A stretch of DNA of 64,000 bases from the NCBI GenBank assembly GCA_026646655.1, contig JAPKHT010000009.1:10518-74517 (forward strand), read 5' to 3'. Both the position numbers and the translations under genes were made by a program. This DNA is from Verrucomicrobiia bacterium. Lineage in GTDB: Bacteria > Verrucomicrobiota > Verrucomicrobiia > JADLBR01. Each line of letters starts with the position of its first letter. The first letter of the stretch is position 1. The notes under the pieces are model-generated. The model saw nothing but the letters and a program-made list of their open reading frames with translations. It was not told the origin of the DNA and searched no databases. Below, piece after piece: positions 28,906-37,523 of the stretch.

Positions 28906-28989
28906 ATGAATGACGTGATCTACATCCTGATCGTGGCGGGCTTCTTCGTCGCGGGCGCCCTTTACACGCATCTCTGCGGGCGGTTCTGA
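28906..28989 (+). CDS. small hydrophobic peptide upstream of kdpF (27 aa)
   Basis: GGAGGA RBS; MNDVIYILIVAGFFVAGALYTHLCGRF*; single TM. Below the ORF-track cutoff. Confidence 0.75.
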   Translation: MNDVIYILIVAGFFVAGALYTHLCGRF

Positions 28990-28999
28990 GGAGAAAATT

Positions 29000-29083
29000 A
29001 TGGGAGACATCGTTGTCGGCATCATGGCCCTGCTGCTCTTCGTCTACCTGCTGGTGGCGATGCTGCGGCCGGAGAAATTCTGA
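29000..29083 (+). CDS. kdpF: K+-transporting ATPase subunit F
   Basis: GAGGAG RBS; MGDIVVGIMALLLFVYLLVAMLRPEKF* has the diagnostic YL..A..RPEKF end. Confidence 0.92.
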   Translation: MGDIVVGIMALLLFVYLLVAMLRPEKF

Positions 29084-29092
29084 GGACCCCAC

Positions 29093-30892
29093 ATGCGCTC
29101 GACTGACTGGCTGCAACTCGCCCTCTATATCGGGGCGCTCGCGCTGATCACCAAGCCGCTCGGCATCTACCTGACGCACGTCCTAGACGCCCGCGGGACG
29201 ACCTGGCTCGACCCCGTGATGAAGCCGCTCGAGCGGCTCACGTACCGGCTGATGGGCGTCGTCCCGGAGAAGGAGCAGGATTGGAAGGGATACACGTTCG
29301 CCATGCTCCTGTTCAGCCTTGCGGGCTGCCTCTTCACCTACGCGATCCTGCGGCTGCAGCACCTGCTGCCGCTGAACCCCCAGGGCCTCGGTCCCCTGAG
29401 TCCGCACCTCGCGTTCAACACCGCGGTGAGCTTCACCACGAACACCAACTGGCAGAGCTACGGCGGCGAGTCCACGATGTCCTATTTCTCCCAGATGGTC
29501 GCCCTCACCCTCCACAACTTCGCCTCGGCGGCCACGGGCATCGCCATCGCCGCGGCGCTGGTGCGCGGCATCGCGCGCCAGTCGGCCACGACGCTCGGCA
29601 ACTTCTGGGTCGATCTCGTGCGCACGACCTACTATCTCCTCCTGCCGATCTGCGTGGTCTTCGCCATCGCGCTCGTCTCGCAGGGGATGATCCAGAACTT
29701 CAGCCCCTACACCAAGGCCCGGCTCGTCGAGCCGTACAAGGTCCCCGTCGAAAAGAAGAACGACAAGGGCGAGACCGCGCTCGGCGCCGACGGCAAGCCG
29801 GTCATGGAGGAACAGACCATCGACGAGCAGGTCATCGCCCAGGGCCCGATGGCCTCGCAGATCGCGGTGAAGATGCTCGGCACCAACGGCGGCGGCTTCG
29901 CCAACGCCAACGCCGCGCAGCCCTTCGAGAACCCGACGCCCCTGTCCAACTTTCTCCAGATGCTGTCGATCTTCGCCATCGGCAGCGCCCTCACCTACTA
30001 CCTCGGGCGCATGACGGGCAACCAGGGGCACGGCTGGTCGGTCTGGGCCGCCATGATGGCGATCTTCCTCGCCGGTGCACTGGTCTGCTGGTGGGCCGAG
30101 GCCTCGGGCAACCCGATCCACCACGGGCTCGGCGTCGCCGCGGCCGACGGCAACATGGAGGGCAAGGAGATCCGATTCGGGATCTTCAACTCCGCGCTCT
30201 TCGCGACGATCACCACCGCGGCATCCTGCGGCGCGGTCAATTCCATGCACGACTCCTTCACCGCGCTCGGCGGACTGGTGCCCCTCTTCAACATCGAGCT
30301 GGGAGAGATCGTGATCGGCGGCGTCGGCGCGGGCCTGTACGGGATGCTCGTGTTCGTCGTCCTGGCGGTGTTCATCGCCGGGCTGATGGTGGGCCGCACG
30401 CCGGAATACCTCGGCAAGAAGATCCAATCCTACGAGGTCAAGATGGCGATGCTGTCGCTGCTGGTACTCAGCCTGTCGATCCTGGGGTTTTCCGCCTGGG
30501 CGTCCGCGAGCGAGTGGGGACTCGCGGGCCTCAACAACGTCGGGCCCCACGGGCTCGGCGAGATCCTGTATGCCTTCAGCTCCGCGACGGGCAACAACGG
30601 GAGCGCCTTCGCCGGCCTCACCGCCAATACGCCATGGTACAACACCACGCTCGGGCTCGCGATGCTCATCGGGCGCTTCCTGATGATCATCCCGATCATG
30701 GCCATCGCCGGCTCGCTCGTGGTCAAGAAGGCGTCGCCACCGGGCGCGGGCACCTTCCCCGTGTCGGGGGTGACTTTCACGGCGCTCCTCGTGGGCACCG
30801 TCCTGCTGATTGGCGCCCTGAACTTTTTCCCGGTGCTGGCGCTGGGACCGATCATCGAACACTTCCTGAACGCCCAGGGGACACTCTATTGA
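29093..30892 (+). CDS. kdpA: K+-transporting ATPase subunit A
   Basis: [62 protein letters not shown]. Confidence 0.98.
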   Translation: MRSTDWLQLALYIGALALITKPLGIYLTHVLDARGTTWLDPVMKPLERLTYRLMGVVPEKEQDWKGYTFAMLLFSLAGCLFTYAILRLQHLLPLNPQGLGPLSPHLAFNTAVSFTTNTNWQSYGGESTMSYFSQMVALTLHNFASAATGIAIAAALVRGIARQSATTLGNFWVDLVRTTYYLLLPICVVFAIALVSQGMIQNFSPYTKARLVEPYKVPVEKKNDKGETALGADGKPVMEEQTIDEQVIAQGPMASQIAVKMLGTNGGGFANANAAQPFENPTPLSNFLQMLSIFAIGSALTYYLGRMTGNQGHGWSVWAAMMAIFLAGALVCWWAEASGNPIHHGLGVAAADGNMEGKEIRFGIFNSALFATITTAASCGAVNSMHDSFTALGGLVPLFNIELGEIVIGGVGAGLYGMLVFVVLAVFIAGLMVGRTPEYLGKKIQSYEVKMAMLSLLVLSLSILGFSAWASASEWGLAGLNNVGPHGLGEILYAFSSATGNNGSAFAGLTANTPWYNTTLGLAMLIGRFLMIIPIMAIAGSLVVKKASPPGAGTFPVSGVTFTALLVGTVLLIGALNFFPVLALGPIIEHFLNAQGTLY

Positions 30893-30914
30893 CCCGCAAG
30901 AGGAGACCCAACCC

Positions 30915-32954
30915 ATGACGCGCAAAGCCCCATCCCTGTTTGACGGGAAGATCGTCGGCCCCGCGATCGCCGACTCGTTCCGGAAGCTCCATCCGGCGCA
31001 CATGATCCGGAACCCGGTCATGTTCGTGACCATGGTCGGCGCGATCCTGACCACCGTGGCCATATTCACCGCGGGGGCCGAGCGCGGCTTCATCGCGCAG
31101 CTCGCGCTCTGGCTGTGGTTCACGGTCCTGTTCGCGAATTTCGCCGAGGCCGTGGCCGAGGGCCGCGGCAAGGCCCAGGCCGCCGCGCTGCGCAAGGCGC
31201 GCTCCGACACCACCGCGCGGCGCCTGCTGGCCGGCCGCGAGGAGCGCGTCCCCGCAACGCACTTGCGGAAGGGCGACCTCGTGGTCTGCGAGGCAGGAGA
31301 CGTGATCCCCGCCGACGGGGATGTCGTCGAGGGCATCGCGAGCGTCGACGAGGCCGCCATCACGGGCGAAAGCGCCCCGGTCATCCGAGAGAGCGGTGGC
31401 GACCGCAGCGCCGTCACCGGCGGCACGCGCGTCCTGAGCGACCGCATCGTGGTCCGCGTCACGATGGAGGAGGGCCACGGGTTCCTGGATCGCATGATCG
31501 CGCTGGTGGAGGGGGCGCGGCGCCAGAAGACCCCCAACGAGATCGCGCTGACCATCCTGCTGGCCGCGCTCACGGTGATCTTCCTCCCCGTCTGCGTCAC
31601 GCTCAAGCCGTTCGGCGTCTATTCCGGAACCGTCTTTTCGATCCCGGTGCTCACCGCCCTGCTGGTCTGCCTGATCCCCACCACCATCGGCGGCCTGCTC
31701 AGCGCCATCGGCATCGCGGGCATGGACCGCGTCATGCAGCGCAACGTCTTGGCCATGAGCGGGCGCGCCGTCGAGGCCGCCGGCGACGTGGACGTCCTGC
31801 TCCTGGACAAGACGGGCACCATCACCCTCGGCAATCGCATGGCCACCGAGTTCATCCCCGCCGGCGGCGTCCCGGTCTCCGTCCTGGCGGACGCCGCCCA
31901 GCTCGCCTCGCTCGCCGACGAGACGCCCGAGGGCCGGAGCATCGCCGTCCTCGCAAAACAGAAATTCGGCCTCCGCGGGCGCGAGGTCGCCGAGCCACAT
32001 GCCCAGTTCGTTCCGTTCACCGCGCAGACCCGGATGAGCGGCGTGGATTTCCCCGCGCTCAACGGCAAGCCCGCCCGGAAGATCCGCAAGGGGGCGGCGG
32101 ATGCCGTGCGCGCGCACGTCGAGTCGCTCGGCGGATCGTTCCCGCAGGACATGGTGCGGGGCGTGGAGGACATCTCCCGCGCCGGGGGGACCCCGCTGGT
32201 CGTCGCGGACGGCCGCGACGTGCTGGGGGTCATGCACCTCAAGGACGTGGTCAAGGGCGGGATCAAGGAGCGCTTCTCGCACCTCCGGCGCATGGGCATC
32301 CGCACCGTGATGATCACCGGCGACAACCCGCTCACGGCCGCCGCGATCGCGGCCGAGGCCGGCGTGGATGATTTCATGGCCCAGGCCAAGCCCGAGGACA
32401 AGCTTGCCCGGATCCGCGAGGAGCAGGCGCGCGGCCACCTGGTCGCCATGACCGGCGACGGCACCAACGACGCCCCGGCGCTTGCCCAGGCCGATGTCGG
32501 CGTCGCCATGAATACCGGCACCCAGGCCGCGCGCGAGGCCGGCAACATGGTCGACCTCGACAGCAACCCCACCAAGCTCATCGAGATCGTGGAGATCGGC
32601 AAGCAGTTGCTCATGACGCGCGGCGCGCTGACGACCTTCAGCATCGCGAACGACGTCGCCAAGTACTTCGCGATCATCCCCGCGATGCTCATGGCCACGT
32701 TCCCGGCCATCGCGCCGCTGAACGTGATGCGCCTGCAGAGCCCCTCGAGCGCGATTCTCAGCGCGGTGATCTTCAACGCGCTCATCATCATCGCGCTGAT
32801 CCCGCTGGCGCTCCACGGCGTGCGCTACCGGCCCATCGGCGCGCTGGCGGTCCTCCGGCGCAACCTGCTCATCTTCGGCGCGGGCGGCATCATCATCCCC
32901 TTCATCGGCATCAAGGCCATCGACATCATCATCGCAACCATCCACCTGGTGTAA
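30915..32954 (+). CDS. kdpB: K+-transporting P-type ATPase subunit B
   Basis: TGES, DKTGT phosphorylation site, [30 protein letters not shown]. Confidence 0.98.
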   Translation: MTRKAPSLFDGKIVGPAIADSFRKLHPAHMIRNPVMFVTMVGAILTTVAIFTAGAERGFIAQLALWLWFTVLFANFAEAVAEGRGKAQAAALRKARSDTTARRLLAGREERVPATHLRKGDLVVCEAGDVIPADGDVVEGIASVDEAAITGESAPVIRESGGDRSAVTGGTRVLSDRIVVRVTMEEGHGFLDRMIALVEGARRQKTPNEIALTILLAALTVIFLPVCVTLKPFGVYSGTVFSIPVLTALLVCLIPTTIGGLLSAIGIAGMDRVMQRNVLAMSGRAVEAAGDVDVLLLDKTGTITLGNRMATEFIPAGGVPVSVLADAAQLASLADETPEGRSIAVLAKQKFGLRGREVAEPHAQFVPFTAQTRMSGVDFPALNGKPARKIRKGAADAVRAHVESLGGSFPQDMVRGVEDISRAGGTPLVVADGRDVLGVMHLKDVVKGGIKERFSHLRRMGIRTVMITGDNPLTAAAIAAEAGVDDFMAQAKPEDKLARIREEQARGHLVAMTGDGTNDAPALAQADVGVAMNTGTQAAREAGNMVDLDSNPTKLIEIVEIGKQLLMTRGALTTFSIANDVAKYFAIIPAMLMATFPAIAPLNVMRLQSPSSAILSAVIFNALIIIALIPLALHGVRYRPIGALAVLRRNLLIFGAGGIIIPFIGIKAIDIIIATIHLV

Positions 32955-32958
32955 CCCC

Positions 32959-33558
32959 ATGAGAGATCTCTTCACCGAAATCCGCGGCGCGGCGCTCGCC
33001 ACGCTGATCCTCGCGGCCGTCTGCTGCGGCGCGTACCCCCTGCTGGTGTTCGGCGTCGCGCAGATCGCCTTTCCGGCCGAGGCCAACGGCAGCCTGATCG
33101 TGGCGCCCGACGGATCGGTCCTCGGATCAGCCCTGATGGCCCAGGGATTCACGGGCGACGGCTACTTCCACCCCCGCCCGTCGGCCGCGGGGGCGAACGG
33201 CTACGACGCCGCAAGCTCCGGCGGCAGCAACCTCGGCCCGACCTCGAAGAAGCTGGCCGATGCGATCGCCGCACGGGTCGTGGCCTACCGCGCCGAGAAC
33301 GGTTTGGTCCCGGACGCGGCCGTCCCCGCCGACGCGGTGACGGCCTCGGGCAGCGGCCTGGACCCGCACATCAGCCCGCGAAACGCCGCCCTCCAGGTCC
33401 CGCGCGTCGCTGCCGCGCGCGGCATCGCCGAGGACCGCGTCCGCGCCCTGGTCGACAAACACACCGAACCGCCGAGCCTCGGGGTGCTCGGGGACGCTGG
33501 CGTCAACGTGCTGACGCTGAACCTCGCGCTGGATGCGGAGGCACGCGGGAACCCGTGA
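32959..33558 (+). CDS. kdpC: K+-transporting ATPase subunit C
   Basis: ANGSL, YFHPRPSAA, SGGSNLGPT, VTASGSGLDPHIS, VNVLTLNLALD. Confidence 0.97.
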   Translation: MRDLFTEIRGAALATLILAAVCCGAYPLLVFGVAQIAFPAEANGSLIVAPDGSVLGSALMAQGFTGDGYFHPRPSAAGANGYDAASSGGSNLGPTSKKLADAIAARVVAYRAENGLVPDAAVPADAVTASGSGLDPHISPRNAALQVPRVAAARGIAEDRVRALVDKHTEPPSLGVLGDAGVNVLTLNLALDAEARGNP

Positions 33559-33713
33559 TGGGCGACTCTCTTCATATCCTCGACCTGCTCCTGGCCAGCC
33601 TGCTGGCCGGCGGCAACCTGCTGGCGCTGCCGATCTGGTGGTGGCTGCTCGGATCCCCGGTCTTCCGCCTGTGGAAACGGTATCACATGCGGGGAAAAAA
33701 CGTGGTACGGTGA
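33558..33713 (+). CDS. putative small membrane protein (51 aa) between kdpC and kdpD
   Basis: ATG overlaps the kdpC stop (TGATG); MGDSLHILDLLLASLLAGGNLLALPIWWWLLGSPVFRLWKRYHMRGKNVVR*; ends 4 nt before kdpD. Confidence 0.5.
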   Translation: MGDSLHILDLLLASLLAGGNLLALPIWWWLLGSPVFRLWKRYHMRGKNVVR

Positions 33714-33717
33714 CGCT

Positions 33718-36396
33718 ATGGACGCGGTGGATCGTCCGGACCCGGACGCGCTCTTGGCCGCGCTGAAAGCCGAGGAGGCCCGTCGCTCGCGCGGCAAACT
33801 CAAGGTGTTTCTCGGCATGTGCCCGGGCGTGGGCAAGACCTACGCCATGCTCGAGGCCGCCCGCAAGGCCGCCGCCGACGGGAGGCGCGTCACCGTCGGG
33901 ATCGCCGAGACCCACGGGCGGGCGGAGACGGCCCGGCTGCTGGAGGGACTCGATGTCCTGCCGCGCCGAAAGGTCGAATACCGGGGCACGACGCTCGAGG
34001 AGTTCGACCTGGATGCGGCCCTGGCGCGGCGGCCGGAGTTGCTCGTGCTCGACGAGCTCGCGCACTCGAACGCCCCGGGCTCCCGTCACCCCAAGCGCTT
34101 CCACGACGCGCTCGAGTTGCTGGCCGCCGGCATCGATATCCTGACCACCCTCAACGTCCAGCACCTCGAGAGCCGCGCCGAGATCGTGCAGCAAATCACC
34201 CGCGCCCCCGTGCGCGAGACGGTGCCCGACTCGATCCTCGACGAGGCCGACGATGTCGAACTCGTGGACATCACGCCCACCGAACTCCGGAGGCGGCTCG
34301 CCGAGGGCAAGGTCTATCTCGGGGAGCGCGCCGCGACGGCCGCGTCCCACTTCTTCCGGGATGAGAACCTCACCGCGCTGCGCGAGATGGCACTGCGCGC
34401 AACGGCCGAGCGGGTGGACGCGCAACTTCGCCAGACCATGCGCACGCGCAACATCGCCGGGCCGTGGAAGAGCGGCGAGCGGCTCATGGTCGCCATCGGC
34501 CCCAGCCCTTATTCCGAAAGCCTCGTCCGCTGGACCCGGCGCGCGGCCGCGGCGCGCGACTGCCCCTGGGTCGCCGTCCATGTCGAGACCGACCGGCCTT
34601 TGAATGACGCCGCGCGCGCGCGGATCTCCGCGCAACTCACCCTGGCCCGGCAGCTTGGCGCGGAGGTGGTGACGACGACGGGGGACTCCATCCCCGCGGC
34701 GCTGCTGCGCGAGGCGCGGGCGCGGAACGTCACCCAGATCATCGTGGGCAAGCCCACGGCGCGCACGCTGTGGAGGATGCGCACCGGACGATCATTGCTC
34801 GATGCCCTGCTGCGGGACAGCGGCGACATCGACATCTGCGCCGTGCGACCGATCGCGCCGTCCTCCGGCGGGGGCGGACGGGCGCAGCCGGACGTGCCGA
34901 GGGCATGGGAGCAAGGCCGTTCGCGCCAGTGGATCGAGGCCCTCCTGATGCTCGCGGCGACGACTGCCGCCGGTGTGGCCGTGGAGCGGTGGGCGGGTTA
35001 TCGGGCCGTCTCGTTGATCTATCTGCTCGTCGTGGTGGGTGCCGCGTTCCGCCTTGCCCGCTGGCCGGTCCTCGTGATGGCCGTGGCGAGCGCGCTCCTG
35101 TGGAACCTTCTGTTCATCCCGACGCGGTTCACGCTCACGATCGCCCAGCCGGACGACGCCATGATGTGCGGCATGCTCGCGATCATCGCCCTCGCCCTCG
35201 GCCACCTCACCTCGCGGCTGCGGCGCCGCGAGGCCGCCGAGCGCCAGCGGGAGCGCCGCACGGCCGCCCTGTTCGAGATGACGAACAAGGCGGCGCTCGC
35301 GCCCGACATTGCTGAGGGCCTGCGGGCGGCCCTGCGCCAGATCGAGGACCTGTTCCGCGTCCAGACCGCCCTACTGCTCCGCGCGGGGGACCACCGGCTC
35401 GCGGAGACCCCTCATGCGGCCAGTTCCTTCCGGCCCGACGAGCGAGAGCACAGCGTCGCCGCTTGGGCATTCGAGAAGAACCTCGCCGCGGGACGCTTCA
35501 CCGACACGTTGCCAGACTCACCCGCGCTGTGGTTGCCGCTGCGCGCGCGCACGGCGGTCATGGGCGCCATGGGCGTGCTGGCCGCGCCCGGGAGCACCCT
35601 GACCCTCGACGAGCGCGATTGGTTGGAGAATTTTGCCCTCCAGATAGGCTCGGTCCTCGAAAAGGACCACTTCATCCAGGCGTTCCGGCGCGCGGAAGTG
35701 TCCGAGGCATCTGAGCGCCTGAGAAAGACCCTGCTGGATTCGGTGTCACACGAACTCAAGACCCCGCTCTGGGCGCTGGAGTCCGCCGTGGATGGCATCG
35801 GGCGGCAGCCCGCGGAGGCCGAGCGCTTCCTGCCGGAACTGCGCACCGCCCTGCGGCGCCTGTGGCGCACGATCCACAATCTCCTCGACATGAGCCGACT
35901 CGAGAGCGGCAGCGTGCGCCCCGTCGCCGGCTGGTGCGACGTGACCGAACTCTGCGACAACGCGCTGGATCTCGCCGGCGATGCCCTCGCCGCGCACGCG
36001 CTCGAGGTCGAGATCCCCGGCGGCCTGCCCCTGGTCAAGGCCGATCAGGCCCTCCTCGAGCAGGCGCTGGCCAACCTCCTGCTCAACGCGTCCGCACACA
36101 CGCCCCCGGGGACCCCCGTCACGCTGCGGGCCGCGGTCGCCGATGGCGCCCTGCACATCGACGTGCTGGACAGGGGCCCCGGCCTGCCCGGGGGCGACCC
36201 GGAGGCGCTTTTCGAGAAGTTCCGCCGCGGCGAGGGCGCGCGCGCCGGCGGCACGGGATTGGGGCTCGCCATCGCCCGCGGTTTCCTGCGCGCCCAGGGC
36301 GGCGACGTGATCGCCGCCCAAAGGGACGGCGGGGGCGCGGCATTTGGCATCCGCCTGCCCACCCCGACGATGGCCGTCGAGGAGGGGACGTCATGA
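33718..36396 (+). CDS. kdpD: sensor histidine kinase KdpD
   Basis: GKLKVFLGMCPGVGKTYAML, DELAHSN, TTLNVQHLES; Usp domain; 4 TM; GAF; H-box SHELKTPL; GGTGLGLAI. Confidence 0.97.
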   Translation: MDAVDRPDPDALLAALKAEEARRSRGKLKVFLGMCPGVGKTYAMLEAARKAAADGRRVTVGIAETHGRAETARLLEGLDVLPRRKVEYRGTTLEEFDLDAALARRPELLVLDELAHSNAPGSRHPKRFHDALELLAAGIDILTTLNVQHLESRAEIVQQITRAPVRETVPDSILDEADDVELVDITPTELRRRLAEGKVYLGERAATAASHFFRDENLTALREMALRATAERVDAQLRQTMRTRNIAGPWKSGERLMVAIGPSPYSESLVRWTRRAAAARDCPWVAVHVETDRPLNDAARARISAQLTLARQLGAEVVTTTGDSIPAALLREARARNVTQIIVGKPTARTLWRMRTGRSLLDALLRDSGDIDICAVRPIAPSSGGGGRAQPDVPRAWEQGRSRQWIEALLMLAATTAAGVAVERWAGYRAVSLIYLLVVVGAAFRLARWPVLVMAVASALLWNLLFIPTRFTLTIAQPDDAMMCGMLAIIALALGHLTSRLRRREAAERQRERRTAALFEMTNKAALAPDIAEGLRAALRQIEDLFRVQTALLLRAGDHRLAETPHAASSFRPDEREHSVAAWAFEKNLAAGRFTDTLPDSPALWLPLRARTAVMGAMGVLAAPGSTLTLDERDWLENFALQIGSVLEKDHFIQAFRRAEVSEASERLRKTLLDSVSHELKTPLWALESAVDGIGRQPAEAERFLPELRTALRRLWRTIHNLLDMSRLESGSVRPVAGWCDVTELCDNALDLAGDALAAHALEVEIPGGLPLVKADQALLEQALANLLLNASAHTPPGTPVTLRAAVADGALHIDVLDRGPGLPGGDPEALFEKFRRGEGARAGGTGLGLAIARGFLRAQGGDVIAAQRDGGGAAFGIRLPTPTMAVEEGTS

Positions 36397-37085
36397 GCCC
36401 GGGCGAGCACGCGCACACGGTCCTCGTCATCGATGACGAGGTGCAGGTGAGGCGGCTGTTGCGCGCCGCGCTCGAGGGCAGCGGCTGGCGCGTCATCGAG
36501 GCCGATGCTGGCCAGCTCGGGATCAGCGAGGTCGCGCTGGCCCGGCCCGATGTCGTCATCCTCGACCTCGGCCTGCCGGACATCGACGGCATCGAGGTCC
36601 TTCGCCGCATCCGCGAGTGGAGCCGCATCCCGATCCTGATCGCCAGCATACGCGAGCAGACCGAAGAGAAGATCCTCGCCCTCAACGCGGGCGCCGACGA
36701 CTACGTCACGAAACCGTTCAACAGCGCCGAACTGGTGGCGCGGCTGCAGGCGGTCCTGCGGCGCGGCGACCCGTCGGCCCAAACCCCGGAGTACGCGGGT
36801 GGCGGCCTGAGGGTCGATTTTGCGGCGCGGGCCGTGCGCGTCGCCGGGCGGGAGGTCAGGCTCACCCCGATCGAGTACGCGCTGCTGAGGATCCTCGCGC
36901 TCAGCGCGGGCAAAGTCGTCACCGCGGCGCACCTGCTGCGCGAGATCTGGGGCCCCGGCGGCCCCGAGCACGACAACTATCTCCGCGTCCACATGACCCA
37001 TCTCCGCCGCAAGCTCTCAGACGCCGGGTTCGACCGGCGGCGGCTCCGCACCGAGCCCGGCGTCGGCTACCGCCTGTTGGAATGA
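36393..37085 (+). CDS. kdpE: response regulator KdpE (OmpR family)
   Basis: ATGA overlap with kdpD; VLVIDDE, ILDLGLPDIDG, GADDYVTKPF, YLRVHMTHLRRKL, TEPGVGYRL. Confidence 0.95.
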   Translation: MSPGEHAHTVLVIDDEVQVRRLLRAALEGSGWRVIEADAGQLGISEVALARPDVVILDLGLPDIDGIEVLRRIREWSRIPILIASIREQTEEKILALNAGADDYVTKPFNSAELVARLQAVLRRGDPSAQTPEYAGGGLRVDFAARAVRVAGREVRLTPIEYALLRILALSAGKVVTAAHLLREIWGPGGPEHDNYLRVHMTHLRRKLSDAGFDRRRLRTEPGVGYRLLE

Positions 37086-37165
37086 CCGCGAATGGCGATC
37101 GCCCCAGGAGTCTGGCTCGAGATCACGCCGCATCATTCATGTGGGAACATCTGGTGGGTCGCGGA

Positions 37166-37225
37166 GTGCCTGAAGGCACCACTACGAACATTTTCGTGGT
37201 CTTGGGCTCGTAGTGCCGCCTTTAG
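37166..37225. repeat. REPIN-like module B, truncated
   Basis: GTGCCTGAAGGCACCACTACGAAC ... GCTCGTAGTGCCGCCTTTAG; the second hairpin is cut off by a 36-bp palindrome. Confidence 0.75.
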
Positions 37226-37261
37226 CCTGCATATTTCACGCGCATGCGCGAAATATGCAGG
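37226..37261. repeat. 36-bp palindromic element, copy 1
   Basis: CCTGCATATTTCACGCG-CA-TGCGCGAAATATGCAGG; second copy at 52249-52284. Confidence 0.8.
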
Positions 37262-37404
37262 CTCAAAGGAAAACCGCGCTCTGAAATACGTGTCCCCGAT
37301 CGGTTTTCGGCACTGGAAACGCGGCCAACAGTTTGTGATTTCGAAAAATGGTGTTTGGAAGCGCGCGTCTCCATCCCAACCTGTTGCTATCGCGCGGTTT
37401 TCCC

Positions 37405-37523
37405 AGAACCCGTGCCCCGCAGACGGGGCACCACCGGGTCAGAAAATGTAGCCGAGGCCGTGAGGCCTTGGCGGCCAAACGCTTACGCGTTCGGCTACGG
37501 GATGCGCTGCGGCTATTTTCAAG
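37405..37523 (-). repeat. REP-like repeat module A
   Basis: On the minus strand: TGA|CTTGAAAATAGCCGCAGCGCATCCCGTAGCCGAACGCGTAAGCGTTTGG...CTCGGCTAC...GGTGGTGCCCCGTCTGCGGGGCAC. Confidence 0.85.

Noticed and set aside
16418-37085. Functional link between ptsP (PTS-Ntr) and kdpDE
   Set aside because: Such a link is known in proteobacteria via EIIA-Ntr, but here the genes are about 10 kb apart with unrelated genes between and no ptsN or ptsO.
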